From an uncultured Latescibacterota bacterium (GTDB lineage: Bacteria; Latescibacterota; UBA2968; UBA8231): 64,000 bases of DNA. The translations under genes were made by a program, and so were the position numbers. The notes beneath the pieces were generated by a model. The model saw only the letters and a list, made by a program, of their open reading frames with translations, was not told where the DNA came from and did no database searches. Within the stretch, counting starts at the first letter, position 1. The number at the start of each line of letters is the position of its first letter. Positions 17,913 through 27,116 of the stretch are shown here, piece after piece. The stretch is taken from positions 3,224,548 through 3,288,547 of the forward strand of contig OY282352.1 of assembly GCA_958295495.1 (NCBI GenBank). Reading direction: 5' to 3'.

Positions 17913-19100
17913 ATGATCCATACGACTATGTGGACCTATCCCTGGGACGTGATCGACGAGGGGGTGGACCGCGTCATCGGCTTCCTCAAGGAAGAAGTTG
18001 GGCTGGATGCGATCAGCCTATCCACGGTCTATCACACCTACGATGCACTACGCACCCATATACCCGGCAAAAAGCTCTTTTCCGGGTACGAGGACGCCAT
18101 CTACTTCCAGCCCCAGAGCGAGCTGTACCAAGGCACCAAGATCAAGCCGCACATCCATCCCATGGCCAAGGACCAAGATCCGGTGCGGATCATCGCCGAG
18201 GCCTGCCGGGTGCGCGGTTTGGAACTGATTTCGTGGACCGTGCCCCTCCACAACCACTACATGGCCAGACAGCATCCAGACTGCGCCCTGCTCGGCGTGT
18301 TCGGGGATCGCTATCCGGGCTGTCTGTGCCCGGCCAATCCCGAGGTGCGGGAGTACGTCCGAGGCTTGAGTTTGGACTTGGCCACCAACTGCGATGTGCA
18401 GATGATTGAGTACGAATCCCTCCACTACATGGGCTTTGGCATGTTCCGCAACCACGCCAAGGTGGGGGTTGATCTGGGAGCGGTAGGCTCGCTGTTGATG
18501 TCGCTGTGCTTTTGCGCTGGTTGTGCGCAGCGGGCCGCGGACCGGGGCATGGACGTGGGGGAGTTAAAGGGCCGGGTGGAAAAATGGCTCCTCAACATTT
18601 TTGAGGCGGGGCCGCCGGAGCGCAGCGCGGAAGAATTCGTCGCCGACGAGCCTTTGGTATGCGAGTACCTAAAGATGCGGGCGGATACTGTGACGTCGCT
18701 GGCCACACAGGTGAAAGAGGCCGTAAAAAAGCCCATTTCTTTTTTGTACATGGGCAATTATTACAACAACGGCATCGACCGCGAACCCATTGAAAAGATC
18801 GTCGATCGGATCAATGTCCTGTGCTACAGCGGCTCGCCAAAGGAGGCCGGCCAAACGGCGCAGGAGACCCTAGCCGGCATGGCCGATCCCTCTATGTTGA
18901 TCTGCGGTCTGAACGGCCACCGACCCATAGACAGCGCCCAACAGATGCGAGATATCATCTCCGCGGTCTATGAAACGGGTGTGCGCCGGTTCTCGTATTA
19001 CAATTACGGTATGATTTCTCGGCGCAATCTCAGGTGGATTGCCGCGGCCATTGCCGCGGTGCGCGCCCTCGACGCCGGCCTTTTGCCCCCGACGGCTTAA
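17913..19100 (+). CDS. Hypothetical TIM-barrel protein, glycoside-hydrolase-like (GHL10-like?)
   Basis: 395 aa, starting 2 nt after the CHAD stop. It has an alternating beta/alpha pattern and a CPANPEVREYV...IEYESLHY block reminiscent of GH-like families. No confident family call. Confidence 0.35.
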   Translation: MIHTTMWTYPWDVIDEGVDRVIGFLKEEVGLDAISLSTVYHTYDALRTHIPGKKLFSGYEDAIYFQPQSELYQGTKIKPHIHPMAKDQDPVRIIAEACRVRGLELISWTVPLHNHYMARQHPDCALLGVFGDRYPGCLCPANPEVREYVRGLSLDLATNCDVQMIEYESLHYMGFGMFRNHAKVGVDLGAVGSLLMSLCFCAGCAQRAADRGMDVGELKGRVEKWLLNIFEAGPPERSAEEFVADEPLVCEYLKMRADTVTSLATQVKEAVKKPISFLYMGNYYNNGIDREPIEKIVDRINVLCYSGSPKEAGQTAQETLAGMADPSMLICGLNGHRPIDSAQQMRDIISAVYETGVRRFSYYNYGMISRRNLRWIAAAIAAVRALDAGLLPPTA

Positions 19101-19831
19101 ACTGCTTGAATTTCTATCCATTCACGACGTTTCTGCAACGCTTCTTCCAACTGAGAGGAAAGACAGTATTTTCCAATAGATTTTAATTGATCTGGTAGTT
19201 CAGGACGGGATGCGGGATAAATGCCTGACCTGATTAAATATGCACGGGCCCTTTGTGTCAACATCGTAATGTATTGTTCTTGAGCAGCATCCTCGTCACC
19301 AATCACTTTAAGATCCTCAAAAAGCTGCTTCGCTCTTTCTGCACGTTTATCCGCTATTCTTGCAGAAGGCAAAGGAAGACGATCTTTCCATTTATCACAT
19401 AAGTTAGTCCAATATTTATTTTTTTCGTAAAGAATTTTTCCAAAACGAATCGTCCAAGCTAGAAGTTCATGTTTCTCTAAAATAAGAGATTCTATGTCCT
19501 CTCGACGATATGAGCGAATATCGACATCAAGGGGTGGAAGTACAAAGTTCGGCCTGTCATTCTCATAGATAATCAGTAGGTCAACATCAATGCTATATTT
19601 GACCTGCTGACGAGTAATGGAACCGAAAATCACAATTGTCCAAATGTCGGGTTGCTTATGCAACGTTTGTACAAAATTCTCGACCCATTTTTTTGCATGG
19701 GGACTGGGCCATTTATTAATCGTTTCGAGAACGTCAAATAAGTTCATGTTCTCGGGGCTATTGTTCATCAGATAGTTGCTCATTTGACTCATCTCCCAAT
19801 AACGCAGAAACTGCTTCCACATATTCTTCAA
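19097..19831 (-). CDS. Nucleotidyltransferase (MNT/pol-beta superfamily) with helical C-terminal domain
   Basis: The NTase motif is IFGSITRQQVKYSIDVDLLI (GS...DxD). The gene is AT-rich. The true start is probably an internal Met (19768 or 19747), because the first ~21 codons overlap the upstream HEPN gene. Confidence 0.7.
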   Translation of the reverse strand: MKNMWKQFLRYWEMSQMSNYLMNNSPENMNLFDVLETINKWPSPHAKKWVENFVQTLHKQPDIWTIVIFGSITRQQVKYSIDVDLLIIYENDRPNFVLPPLDVDIRSYRREDIESLILEKHELLAWTIRFGKILYEKNKYWTNLCDKWKDRLPLPSARIADKRAERAKQLFEDLKVIGDEDAAQEQYITMLTQRARAYLIRSGIYPASRPELPDQLKSIGKYCLSSQLEEALQKRREWIEIQAV

Positions 19832-20165
19832 GTTTACCAGCCACGTCCTCTGGCTCCAAATCTGGAAAATCTACATCGCCATAGGCCGAAGCTTTGCGAG
19901 CAGTATTGAGAACCCAAAGAAAATCGGCAACATCGGGTAGCCCGTGAGAGTGAAAAAGTTTACGCGCTATTTCAGCTTTCTCGGTATGGGATCTTTTGAA
20001 ATCCAGACTTATATGGGATCCTGCCGCGACAATAGCGGCTTCGAGACAGTAAAACCCATAAATTGTAAGGTCTGCCCAATCAGTAGGATCCTCCCATGCT
20101 GCGAGGACGCGTTCCAGATGTTGCTTTGCGTATGACAGGGATTTTGCAGCTTCGATATTCAACAT
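19758..20165 (-). CDS. HEPN domain protein
   Basis: 135 aa, all-helical, with a C-terminal LNTARKASAYGD motif like PF05168-type HEPN. It lies directly upstream of the NTase gene in the same AT-rich islet. Confidence 0.6.
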   Translation of the reverse strand: MLNIEAAKSLSYAKQHLERVLAAWEDPTDWADLTIYGFYCLEAAIVAAGSHISLDFKRSHTEKAEIARKLFHSHGLPDVADFLWVLNTARKASAYGDVDFPDLEPEDVAGKLEEYVEAVSALLGDESNEQLSDEQ

Positions 20166-20589
20166 AATTTTCTAACAAATCATCTAGGCTGTGTACAGCC
20201 ATTGCTCGAAGCGAGTCCTCCATCATTCTGGTGAAAGCCAGAATCCGAAGGGAAGGAAAATCTATGGCATATGTTTTCCTTTCTCTGGTCCAAGATGACA
20301 ATAATCGGACCTGTTGTCAATACGATGCCATAGTTGGGAAATGAACCACTTAGCCTACGCGATACTTCTGAAGTCCGGTCTTGTCGTCCGTAAGGCCCAC
20401 GCTCCCGTTACTAACGCCTACCTCGCGCTCATGGCCCAGCGCGACCTGCCCGCCCAGCCAATGCTCATTCAGCGGCTCTTCCGCATGTTGGCCGCGCTGC
20501 ACGGCCAGATGTGGAATGCTTCCCAAGGTTGAATTATCACACCTCGATTGGCTTATGGGCTGAGGCGGGCGCGAGCGCGGAGGTCTGCC

Positions 20590-22512
20590 TTACTCCGGTA
20601 GCGTCAGCGCCACAAGCTGCGGCACCCAGTTGTCGTTGTTGATGGGAAAGACGATGTACTGACGCCCGGCGGCCATGTAGCTAATGGGACTGCCGTTGGG
20701 GTTGCCGGGGAATTCCATCTCAGCCAGCACCGCGCCCGTATTTAGGTCGAAGGCGCGCAGATAGGGCCCCTCCTCGACAAAGGCGTCGCCGCTGAGGTCC
20801 CCCCACCATTCGGGCTTGTGCGAGACCACCACCAGCACCGTCTCGGTGGCGAGCACGTAGTTGTAGTGGAACCAGCCCATAGCGGGCAGGTCGCGGTCGC
20901 GCAGGGCCTTGTGGTTGACCGGGCCTTTGCCCACCGGGCTCATCCAGACGTGCTCGCCGGTGTCCAAGTCGATGGCGGTGATCCGGCCGTAGGGGGGCTT
21001 GGTCAGAGGTAGGCCATCGACGTATTCGGTGTCGTCTTGGAAGAAGGCGTAATCCGAAAAGGCGCGCAGGCCCTCCACCTTTTCCAGCCGCACGATGTCG
21101 GGACGGGTGCGCGAAGGCACGTAGAGCACGTTTTCTTTTGGCATTAGGGCCGCGCCGCTCCAATCCGAGCCTCCCAAGCCCCCGGGCAATACGAGTGTGC
21201 CCTTTTCGCTGGGCGGGGTAAAAAGCGGGCCGTGCTCGTATTTTTCGAGGATCGCCAGCGCCTTTTCCCGCAGCTCGGGCGTAAAGTCGATCAGGTCGTC
21301 CTCCTGCAGACCTTGGTGGTCGTAGGGCGCGGGCTTGGTAGGGAAGGGCTGGGTCGGCCAGCTTTGCTCGCCCGGGGTTTTCGACTTGGGCACCTCGCGC
21401 TCTTTGATCGGCCAGACCGGCTCGCCGGTCGTGCGGTCGAACACATAGCAAAAGGCCTGTTTGCTCACCAAGGCTAGGGCTTTGATGGCTTTGCCGTTCA
21501 CCTCGATATCCGCCAGTACTGGCGGGGCCGGTGGGTCGTAGTTCCACAGGCCGTGGTGGATGAGCTGGTAGTGCCAGACGCGCTCGCCGGTTGCTGCCTT
21601 GAGGCAGACCAGTGTCTGGCTGAAGAGATTGGCACCGGGGCGCTCACCGCCGTAGTGATTGTGGGTGGTGCTGCTGACGGGCAGGTACACGTAGCCCAGC
21701 TCGTCGTCGGCGCTCATTGCAGCCCACACATTGGCTTGGCCATGGGTCTTCCACGCGTCGTTCTCCCAAGTGTCGTTGCCGTACTCGCCCTCCTGCGGCA
21801 CGGTCTGGAAGACCCACACCTGTTCGCCAGTGTGGGCGTCAAAGCCGCGCACATCGCCGGGGGTGGAGTATTTAGCGGGAGGCCGGTCGTGCCAGTCGGT
21901 GACGCCGGAACCCACTACTACCACGTCGCGGCAGATGATCGGTGGTGAGGTGATGCAGTAGCGGCTGCGGTCGATGCGGCGGCGCAGCCCCTTGCCTAGA
22001 TCGACGAAGCCGCCTGCGCCGAACTTCGGGTCGGGCTGGCCGGTCTCGACGTCAATTGAATAGAGGCGGTCGGAAGCAGTGCCGTAGAAGATGCGCTTCT
22101 TGTCGCCGCTTTGCCAGTAGGCTATGCCACGCGCAAAGCCCCAGAAATCGCCCCGATCCTTCCATGACTGCGGATCGAAGGTCCACAGCTCCTCGCCGCT
22201 TATCGGGTCGATAGCGCAGAGGACGTTGAAGGGCGACCCGTAGTACAGCACGCCGTCGATGACCAGCGGCGTGCCCTTGTTCGACCGAGTCCAGATGTCC
22301 TCGGCCGCGGCGATTGCGCTGTCCGGGGCCGCGTAGCGCCAAACCTCCTGTAGCTGGGCGAAGTTGCCGGCGTCAATCTGCGACAGGGGCGCGTACTTAC
22401 TGCTCTTGGCATCGGCGGCGTAATAGGGCCATTCCTCGGCCCAAGCTGCGCCGGCGGCCAGGACCAGTAACGCGCCGACGAACAAGTGGGTCTTTCTCGC
22501 TGTAATGGTCAT
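20590..22512 (-). CDS. PQQ-dependent dehydrogenase (quinoprotein, 8-bladed beta-propeller), secreted
   Basis: The start MTITARKTHLFVGALLVLAAGAAWA at 22512 overlaps the upstream stop (ATGA at 22509-22512). Recurrent W-containing propeller repeats are visible (VWxxQ..., GxxYxP...). The 913-aa track ORF is an artefactual 5' extension. Confidence 0.8.
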   Translation of the reverse strand: MTITARKTHLFVGALLVLAAGAAWAEEWPYYAADAKSSKYAPLSQIDAGNFAQLQEVWRYAAPDSAIAAAEDIWTRSNKGTPLVIDGVLYYGSPFNVLCAIDPISGEELWTFDPQSWKDRGDFWGFARGIAYWQSGDKKRIFYGTASDRLYSIDVETGQPDPKFGAGGFVDLGKGLRRRIDRSRYCITSPPIICRDVVVVGSGVTDWHDRPPAKYSTPGDVRGFDAHTGEQVWVFQTVPQEGEYGNDTWENDAWKTHGQANVWAAMSADDELGYVYLPVSSTTHNHYGGERPGANLFSQTLVCLKAATGERVWHYQLIHHGLWNYDPPAPPVLADIEVNGKAIKALALVSKQAFCYVFDRTTGEPVWPIKEREVPKSKTPGEQSWPTQPFPTKPAPYDHQGLQEDDLIDFTPELREKALAILEKYEHGPLFTPPSEKGTLVLPGGLGGSDWSGAALMPKENVLYVPSRTRPDIVRLEKVEGLRAFSDYAFFQDDTEYVDGLPLTKPPYGRITAIDLDTGEHVWMSPVGKGPVNHKALRDRDLPAMGWFHYNYVLATETVLVVVSHKPEWWGDLSGDAFVEEGPYLRAFDLNTGAVLAEMEFPGNPNGSPISYMAAGRQYIVFPINNDNWVPQLVALTLPE

Positions 22513-24068
22513 TCGGCCAAGCCTTGGTAGAGGGCGCTGATTTCCGCGGTTGTCAGTACGCGCCCGTAGAGCCGTGCGTCGTCTAACGCTCCGGTGAAGA
22601 AGAAGTCCGTCTCGTCGAGGTTTTTCGCGCCGATGTAAATGGGCTGGTCGGGCGAGGTTTTGACTGCGCTCTGCTTCTGCTCCTGCAACGCGCCATTGAC
22701 GAAGAGCCGGTGATAATCGCCGTCGAAAATGGCTGCGAAATGGTACCAGTGCTCTTGGCGCAAAAAGAGCTTGGAGTGGAGGTCGTCGTCGCGCATCCGG
22801 TGCCAGGTGACTCGCCGCCCCCGGGTGCTGAGCTGGAAGACGCGCACGCCGCCGCCGTTGTCCTGCGCCCATAAGCAGTTGTTCCACCAGTAAGGGCGCG
22901 TTTCGATTTTGTCGTATTTGGCCCAGATCGAGACGCTGAAGGGACCCTCTAGCAAAAAACCGTCGATTTCGACGACGGCCTCGCCGTCGAAATAACCGGC
23001 ACTGTCTTTGGCACCGGCGCGGTCCTCGGTGAGCACGACTTTGACGTTTTTGAGCGGGCGTTTGTGCGGGCTGGTGTCGCGGATCTCGCCGTCGAATAGG
23101 ACTTCGACGAGCAGGTCCTCGCGGCCGGGCAAGCTCGGCTCGGGCAATTCTGCGCCCGGGTCGGCTGCCTCGTCGCCCCAGCGCACCTCCACGTCGTACC
23201 AGTCGGCGCCGCTGTCTTGGTCGGCGAAGACGATGCTGAGGGTGTCGCCGGGTGCTCGGGGCTCCTTTTCCAACTGGGCGACGTCGCGCGCCTCGTGTTT
23301 GACTAGGCGGTACTGCGCCCCGGAAGGCCATGCGACTTTGTCGGCAAAATACACCTTGCGGGTTTTGTCGCCCTGCCAGACGGGTTGCCAGCGTACGCCA
23401 TTGACCTCGACCGGCGAAAGGCCGTCGCCGTCCTCGTGCCGCCCGGGCAGGACGCCGTGGCGGTGCTCAACCCACAAGCCCTCGCCATCTGCGAACACCT
23501 CGTCGCCGCCATCGACGAAGATGCGGACGCGGAGCCGCTCGTCGCGCGGCTCGACCTCGACCGTCTTGTATTCCTCGGCGGGGACTTGGTGGAGGACACC
23601 GGCGATCTCCCAGCCGCCGTCCTCCCGGTCGAGCAAATAGGCGCTGTATTGCTCCGCGCCCACCGGGCCGGACACGCCCACCAAGCGTTCCTGAGTGATG
23701 GCCATGGCCCGGTCGCCCCAAAGGAAGATGTCGAAAAACTCGGCCTCCTTGATGTACTTGTGGATTTCTTGGTCGTAGTCCCAACCGTCGCCGCCGGTCC
23801 ACTCGCTGACGATCCCGTCGAGGAACTCCTCGCGGGACTGCACCTTGCGCAAAATCCAGGTCTGCGGCTCCCGGCGGCCGCGCATGTCGAGTTCGACGAC
23901 GCTCTCGCCGATCAGGTCTTCGGCGGCGACGAAGTCCTGCTGGTTCCACGCCTCGTAAAAGCGCTGTACTACATCCTGTATCTGCTGGACGTCGGGTTGT
24001 TCGTCGCCGAAGGTCAGGGCAGGGTACAACAGACACAGAGCCAGTAAAACATTTGCTACAGAGTTCAT
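22509..24068 (-). CDS. Secreted protein with N-terminal SnoaL/NTF2-like domain and C-terminal LamG (concanavalin-A-like) domain
   Basis: The signal peptide is MNSVANVLLALCLLYPALTFG. VQRFYEAWNQQDF is NTF2-like. The C-terminal FSVSIWAKYD...WYHFAAIFDG...LFVNG...IYIGA...FTGALDDARLYGRVLTTAEI is a classic LamG pattern. Confidence 0.7.
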   Translation of the reverse strand: MNSVANVLLALCLLYPALTFGDEQPDVQQIQDVVQRFYEAWNQQDFVAAEDLIGESVVELDMRGRREPQTWILRKVQSREEFLDGIVSEWTGGDGWDYDQEIHKYIKEAEFFDIFLWGDRAMAITQERLVGVSGPVGAEQYSAYLLDREDGGWEIAGVLHQVPAEEYKTVEVEPRDERLRVRIFVDGGDEVFADGEGLWVEHRHGVLPGRHEDGDGLSPVEVNGVRWQPVWQGDKTRKVYFADKVAWPSGAQYRLVKHEARDVAQLEKEPRAPGDTLSIVFADQDSGADWYDVEVRWGDEAADPGAELPEPSLPGREDLLVEVLFDGEIRDTSPHKRPLKNVKVVLTEDRAGAKDSAGYFDGEAVVEIDGFLLEGPFSVSIWAKYDKIETRPYWWNNCLWAQDNGGGVRVFQLSTRGRRVTWHRMRDDDLHSKLFLRQEHWYHFAAIFDGDYHRLFVNGALQEQKQSAVKTSPDQPIYIGAKNLDETDFFFTGALDDARLYGRVLTTAEISALYQGLAE

Positions 24069-24404
24069 ATTCCCCCTCGAAGGCTGTGCGGCTGTGCGCT
24101 ACAGAATCAAAGCACGAGGGGCAATTGAACAGTGTCAATGTTTAGTCGCTTGGGTGCGGGAACGTCGAATCCGAGAACTATTATAGGCCCGGCCACGCAG
24201 GCGGTCGCAAAACAGGCTAGGGTGCCGCCCAGCATGGCGCGAAAACCCAACGCGCCAAATCGCGCCGTCGCTCTGGGCCAACCGCAAGCCGTCTAAGCAG
24301 GGCGAGGAGAAATTGCAATCCCGCGCCGGCCGCTACCAAGCCGCGATCTACCGATACCCACTTCTGCTGCGAGGGCTAGCCGGAGAATGCAGGGGGAAGT
24401 ACGT

Positions 24405-24428
24405 AAAAACGGCGGGGAGGTCCCGCCG
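24405..24428 (-). terminator. Rho-independent terminator of the PhyH gene
   Basis: CGGCGGG (24410-24416) pairs with CCCGCCG (24422-24428) around a 5-nt loop. On the - strand it is followed by TTTTT (complement of 24405-24409). It lies 44 nt after the stop. Confidence 0.7.
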
Positions 24429-24471
24429 AGAAAGTCAAAGCCCGAGTGCCGAGTGCCGAACTATCTATTTC

Positions 24472-25335
24472 TCACTTCAGCTCCTCGCCCGGTGTCCACT
24501 GTATTGCTATCGGCTCGGCCTCGCCATCGTACGCGATTTGGAGCGGTTCCATCAGAGCTTGGAGCTTTGCAGACGCTGAGGCCGCATCGCTGGTATTGGC
24601 TTCTGCCAGAGCAACTGTGGCCTGCGTGCGCTCGGGTAAGGCGACGAAGTCTGGATAGTACCACATTGTCAGCACTGTCCTCTGCCGATCGGTCTGGTTG
24701 GCATGTGAAGCGTGCAACAGGCTGCCGTACCCCATCACGAGATCGCCGGCTTGGACGGGAACATCGATCTCTTCCTCTACCCGTGAAAACCCCGGATCGT
24801 CGGGATTGGCAAATGTTCTGAGTTCGTCTGTATGGTTCGGTGCAATCCTGTCGTGTAGTACATGGCGCTTTAGATGCGACTTGGGAATCACGCGCAAACA
24901 CCCATTTTGCGGCGTTGTATCGGTGAGGTAATACATCAAAAAGCATTGGATGGGCTGCGTCGTATAGCTGATCGGATCGTCCCAAAAACGACCGTCTTCA
25001 TGCCAGAACAGGGGTGGGCTGTGTGGCGGTTTGCTGATGATGCGTCCGTGGCCAAACTTTGGGTCGTCGAACCCGAGCTGTTGCAGCGCTGTGAGCACGC
25101 CGGGGTGGGCGATGAGTTCGGCCATTACCGGATGCTGATAGGCCATGGCCCAATCAATCAGCACCATACTCCCGGTCGTGCGCTGTCTCTCAAAATGCGC
25201 TGGTTCCTGTCTGGCGAGCACATCATCGCTGAAGTGCCGTAAGCGATCCAACAGGAGGGAATCGAGAATGTTTTCAAATATATAAAACCCGTCGCGGGCA
25301 AACTGTTCTCGCTTTTTATTCGATCCATTTTCCAC
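24472..25335 (-). CDS. Phytanoyl-CoA dioxygenase (PhyH) family Fe(II)/2-oxoglutarate oxygenase
   Basis: 287 aa. It has an N-terminal FARDGFYIFENIL block, the HxD motif in FWHEDG, and a distal His in GSLLHASHAN. Confidence 0.8.
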   Translation of the reverse strand: MENGSNKKREQFARDGFYIFENILDSLLLDRLRHFSDDVLARQEPAHFERQRTTGSMVLIDWAMAYQHPVMAELIAHPGVLTALQQLGFDDPKFGHGRIISKPPHSPPLFWHEDGRFWDDPISYTTQPIQCFLMYYLTDTTPQNGCLRVIPKSHLKRHVLHDRIAPNHTDELRTFANPDDPGFSRVEEEIDVPVQAGDLVMGYGSLLHASHANQTDRQRTVLTMWYYPDFVALPERTQATVALAEANTSDAASASAKLQALMEPLQIAYDGEAEPIAIQWTPGEELK

Positions 25336-25341
25336 GATGAT

Positions 25342-26040
25342 CTAGTCCTTTGTTTGGATTGGCCGGTGCTGTCGCAACTGAACCTGCAAGAAAGTTTGCG
25401 GACGCCAACCTGCTTTCAGGCTGCCCCAGGTAGTTTGGGCGACAGCACTGGAGTCATCAATGGGGTGGAGTTCCCAGACTACAACCCCGGTCTCCTGCGT
25501 GGTCGTGAGGAACAGGGTGTCCCCCTCAAGGGCATACGTGCTACCCCCCCCCTCATTGAGTATAGCGAGGAATTCGACCTTATCGAGTTCAGCGAAAAAC
25601 GCGTCGATAAATTCCCGTTCAAAGGCCGGGTAGTTCTCGGGGGGAATTTCGTGCGAGTCCGCTACATAACGGGCGAAGTCGCGGGCCACTTGGGTGAAAA
25701 ATTCGCCGAAGCCCTCACCATTGACGGACAGGTCTAATGCGTCTATATCAACCACGAGGCTGTCGCCCAAGACTCCATAGGTGCCGGTGCCGTGGGCGGA
25801 AATCGTCTCTATGGTGGGTGGTTGCGGGACTTGGACCTCGGCTAGGAAGTCGTCCTTCACCTGAATGACTTGGTCGATCGCAAAGGCTCCATCCGCGGCA
25901 AAGGTCAGGCGAATGGTAATCTCGCCTATTTGCTCATCGACTATAGTGCCCTCCCAAGTGCCGTGCAGGGCCTCTTGCTGGGCGGAGAGCGGCGCGATAA
26001 GTAGGCAGAGGCAGAGGATGGACGACAGGAGTTGGCGCAT
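25342..26040 (-). CDS. Secreted hypothetical protein
   Basis: 232 aa with signal peptide MRQLLSSILCLCLLIAPLSAQQ. No recognisable family. Confidence 0.5.
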   Translation of the reverse strand: MRQLLSSILCLCLLIAPLSAQQEALHGTWEGTIVDEQIGEITIRLTFAADGAFAIDQVIQVKDDFLAEVQVPQPPTIETISAHGTGTYGVLGDSLVVDIDALDLSVNGEGFGEFFTQVARDFARYVADSHEIPPENYPAFEREFIDAFFAELDKVEFLAILNEGGGSTYALEGDTLFLTTTQETGVVVWELHPIDDSSAVAQTTWGSLKAGWRPQTFLQVQLRQHRPIQTKD

Positions 26041-26058
26041 AAGGGTTCCTTTGCAGGG

Positions 26059-27051
26059 TCACTCGTACAAATGGGCGACGTACTCTGCATAGCCGTTGTA
26101 GGGGAGGGTTTCACGTCGTGCGGGCGCGTCCGGGTCGGTGGTGATGAAGCGCTCGGTAGCTTGCGACCAGCGGGGATGGGGGACTTCAGGCTCGACGTTG
26201 GAGAAAAAGCCGTACTCGTGTGGTGCTAGGGTATTCCAAAAGGTCGCCGGCTGTTGGCTGGTGAATTCGATTTTGGTAATCGACTTGAGGCCCTTATAGC
26301 CGTATTTCCAAGGCGTCACCAAGCGCAGGGGAGCACCGTGTTGCTTGGGCAATGCGTGGCCGTAGATGCCCGTTACCAGCAAAGTCAATTCATTGGTCGC
26401 TTCGTCTATGGTCAGGCCCTCGGTATAGGGCCAAGGCCAATCGGACCGATCCCATTGCCCTGGGGCCACCTCGGGATTGAAGAAGGAGAGCATGCGCACG
26501 TAGCGGGCCGATGACAGCGGTTGCACCAAGTCGATAAGTGCCCGCATGGGAAAGCCCGTCCACGGTATGGCCATGGACCAAGCCTCGACGCAGCGGTGGC
26601 GGTAGAGACGCTCTTCTAAATCCATTGTGCCGATTAGGGTGTCGATATCGTAGGTTTTGGGCTGCTGCACTAGGCCGCCTATTTCCACGGTCCAGGGGGC
26701 AGGCTCAAAATTGTCTATGAAGCGCCACACCTCCTTGGTGGTGGAGAATTCATAGAAGTTGTTGTACAGGGCTGCTACTACTTCGTCGGTGAGCGGCCGG
26801 TCGAGCGTGGAAAAAGCATCGTTTGTGGGAGCCGGATACCACTCTGAAGGCGGGGTTGGCTCGATGCGCGTGGGACTGAGATATTTTGTTGGATCGACGA
26901 GCGTTGCTGGATTGAGGAGCTTTTCTGGGATACATCCTGCAAGCAGGCCGATGGTGCCCAAGCCGGCCCGCCGGATGAACTTGCGGCGGTTGAAATAGAC
27001 GTCTTCGTCGGTGGCTTGACGCTGGGGAATGTCCCATTTTTTGCGCGGCAT
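26059..27051 (-). CDS. msrP: Protein-methionine-sulfoxide reductase catalytic subunit MsrP (YedY, molybdopterin)
   Basis: It carries a Tat-type leader (NRRKFIRRAGLG). It matches E. coli MsrP closely in several blocks: NNFYEF, RHRCVEAWSM, GAPLRLVTPWKYGYKGLKSI and HPRWSQATERFI. Confidence 0.9.
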   Translation of the reverse strand: MPRKKWDIPQRQATDEDVYFNRRKFIRRAGLGTIGLLAGCIPEKLLNPATLVDPTKYLSPTRIEPTPPSEWYPAPTNDAFSTLDRPLTDEVVAALYNNFYEFSTTKEVWRFIDNFEPAPWTVEIGGLVQQPKTYDIDTLIGTMDLEERLYRHRCVEAWSMAIPWTGFPMRALIDLVQPLSSARYVRMLSFFNPEVAPGQWDRSDWPWPYTEGLTIDEATNELTLLVTGIYGHALPKQHGAPLRLVTPWKYGYKGLKSITKIEFTSQQPATFWNTLAPHEYGFFSNVEPEVPHPRWSQATERFITTDPDAPARRETLPYNGYAEYVAHLYE

Positions 27052-27116
27052 CCTAGCCTCCTTGTAATGGTTGTACGAAAAAAATATAACGGATTGGCTC
27101 TGCTGCCGCGATTGTT

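Noticed and set aside
22513-23331. N-terminal 273-aa Arg-rich extension of the 913-aa track ORF (20590-23331)
   Set aside because: The extension overlaps the well-supported 22509-24068 gene in another frame and has a nonsense-like R/P/A composition. A signal-peptide-bearing start at 22512 with ATGA coupling explains the locus.
24069-24471. Possible small gene or gene remnant (a minus-strand reading such as MLGGTLACFATACVAGPIIVLGF...) and a GAGTGCC x2 tandem at 24443-24456
   Set aside because: It is too short, with no start/RBS context I can support. The only solid feature here is the PhyH terminator at 24405-24428. It is left unannotated.
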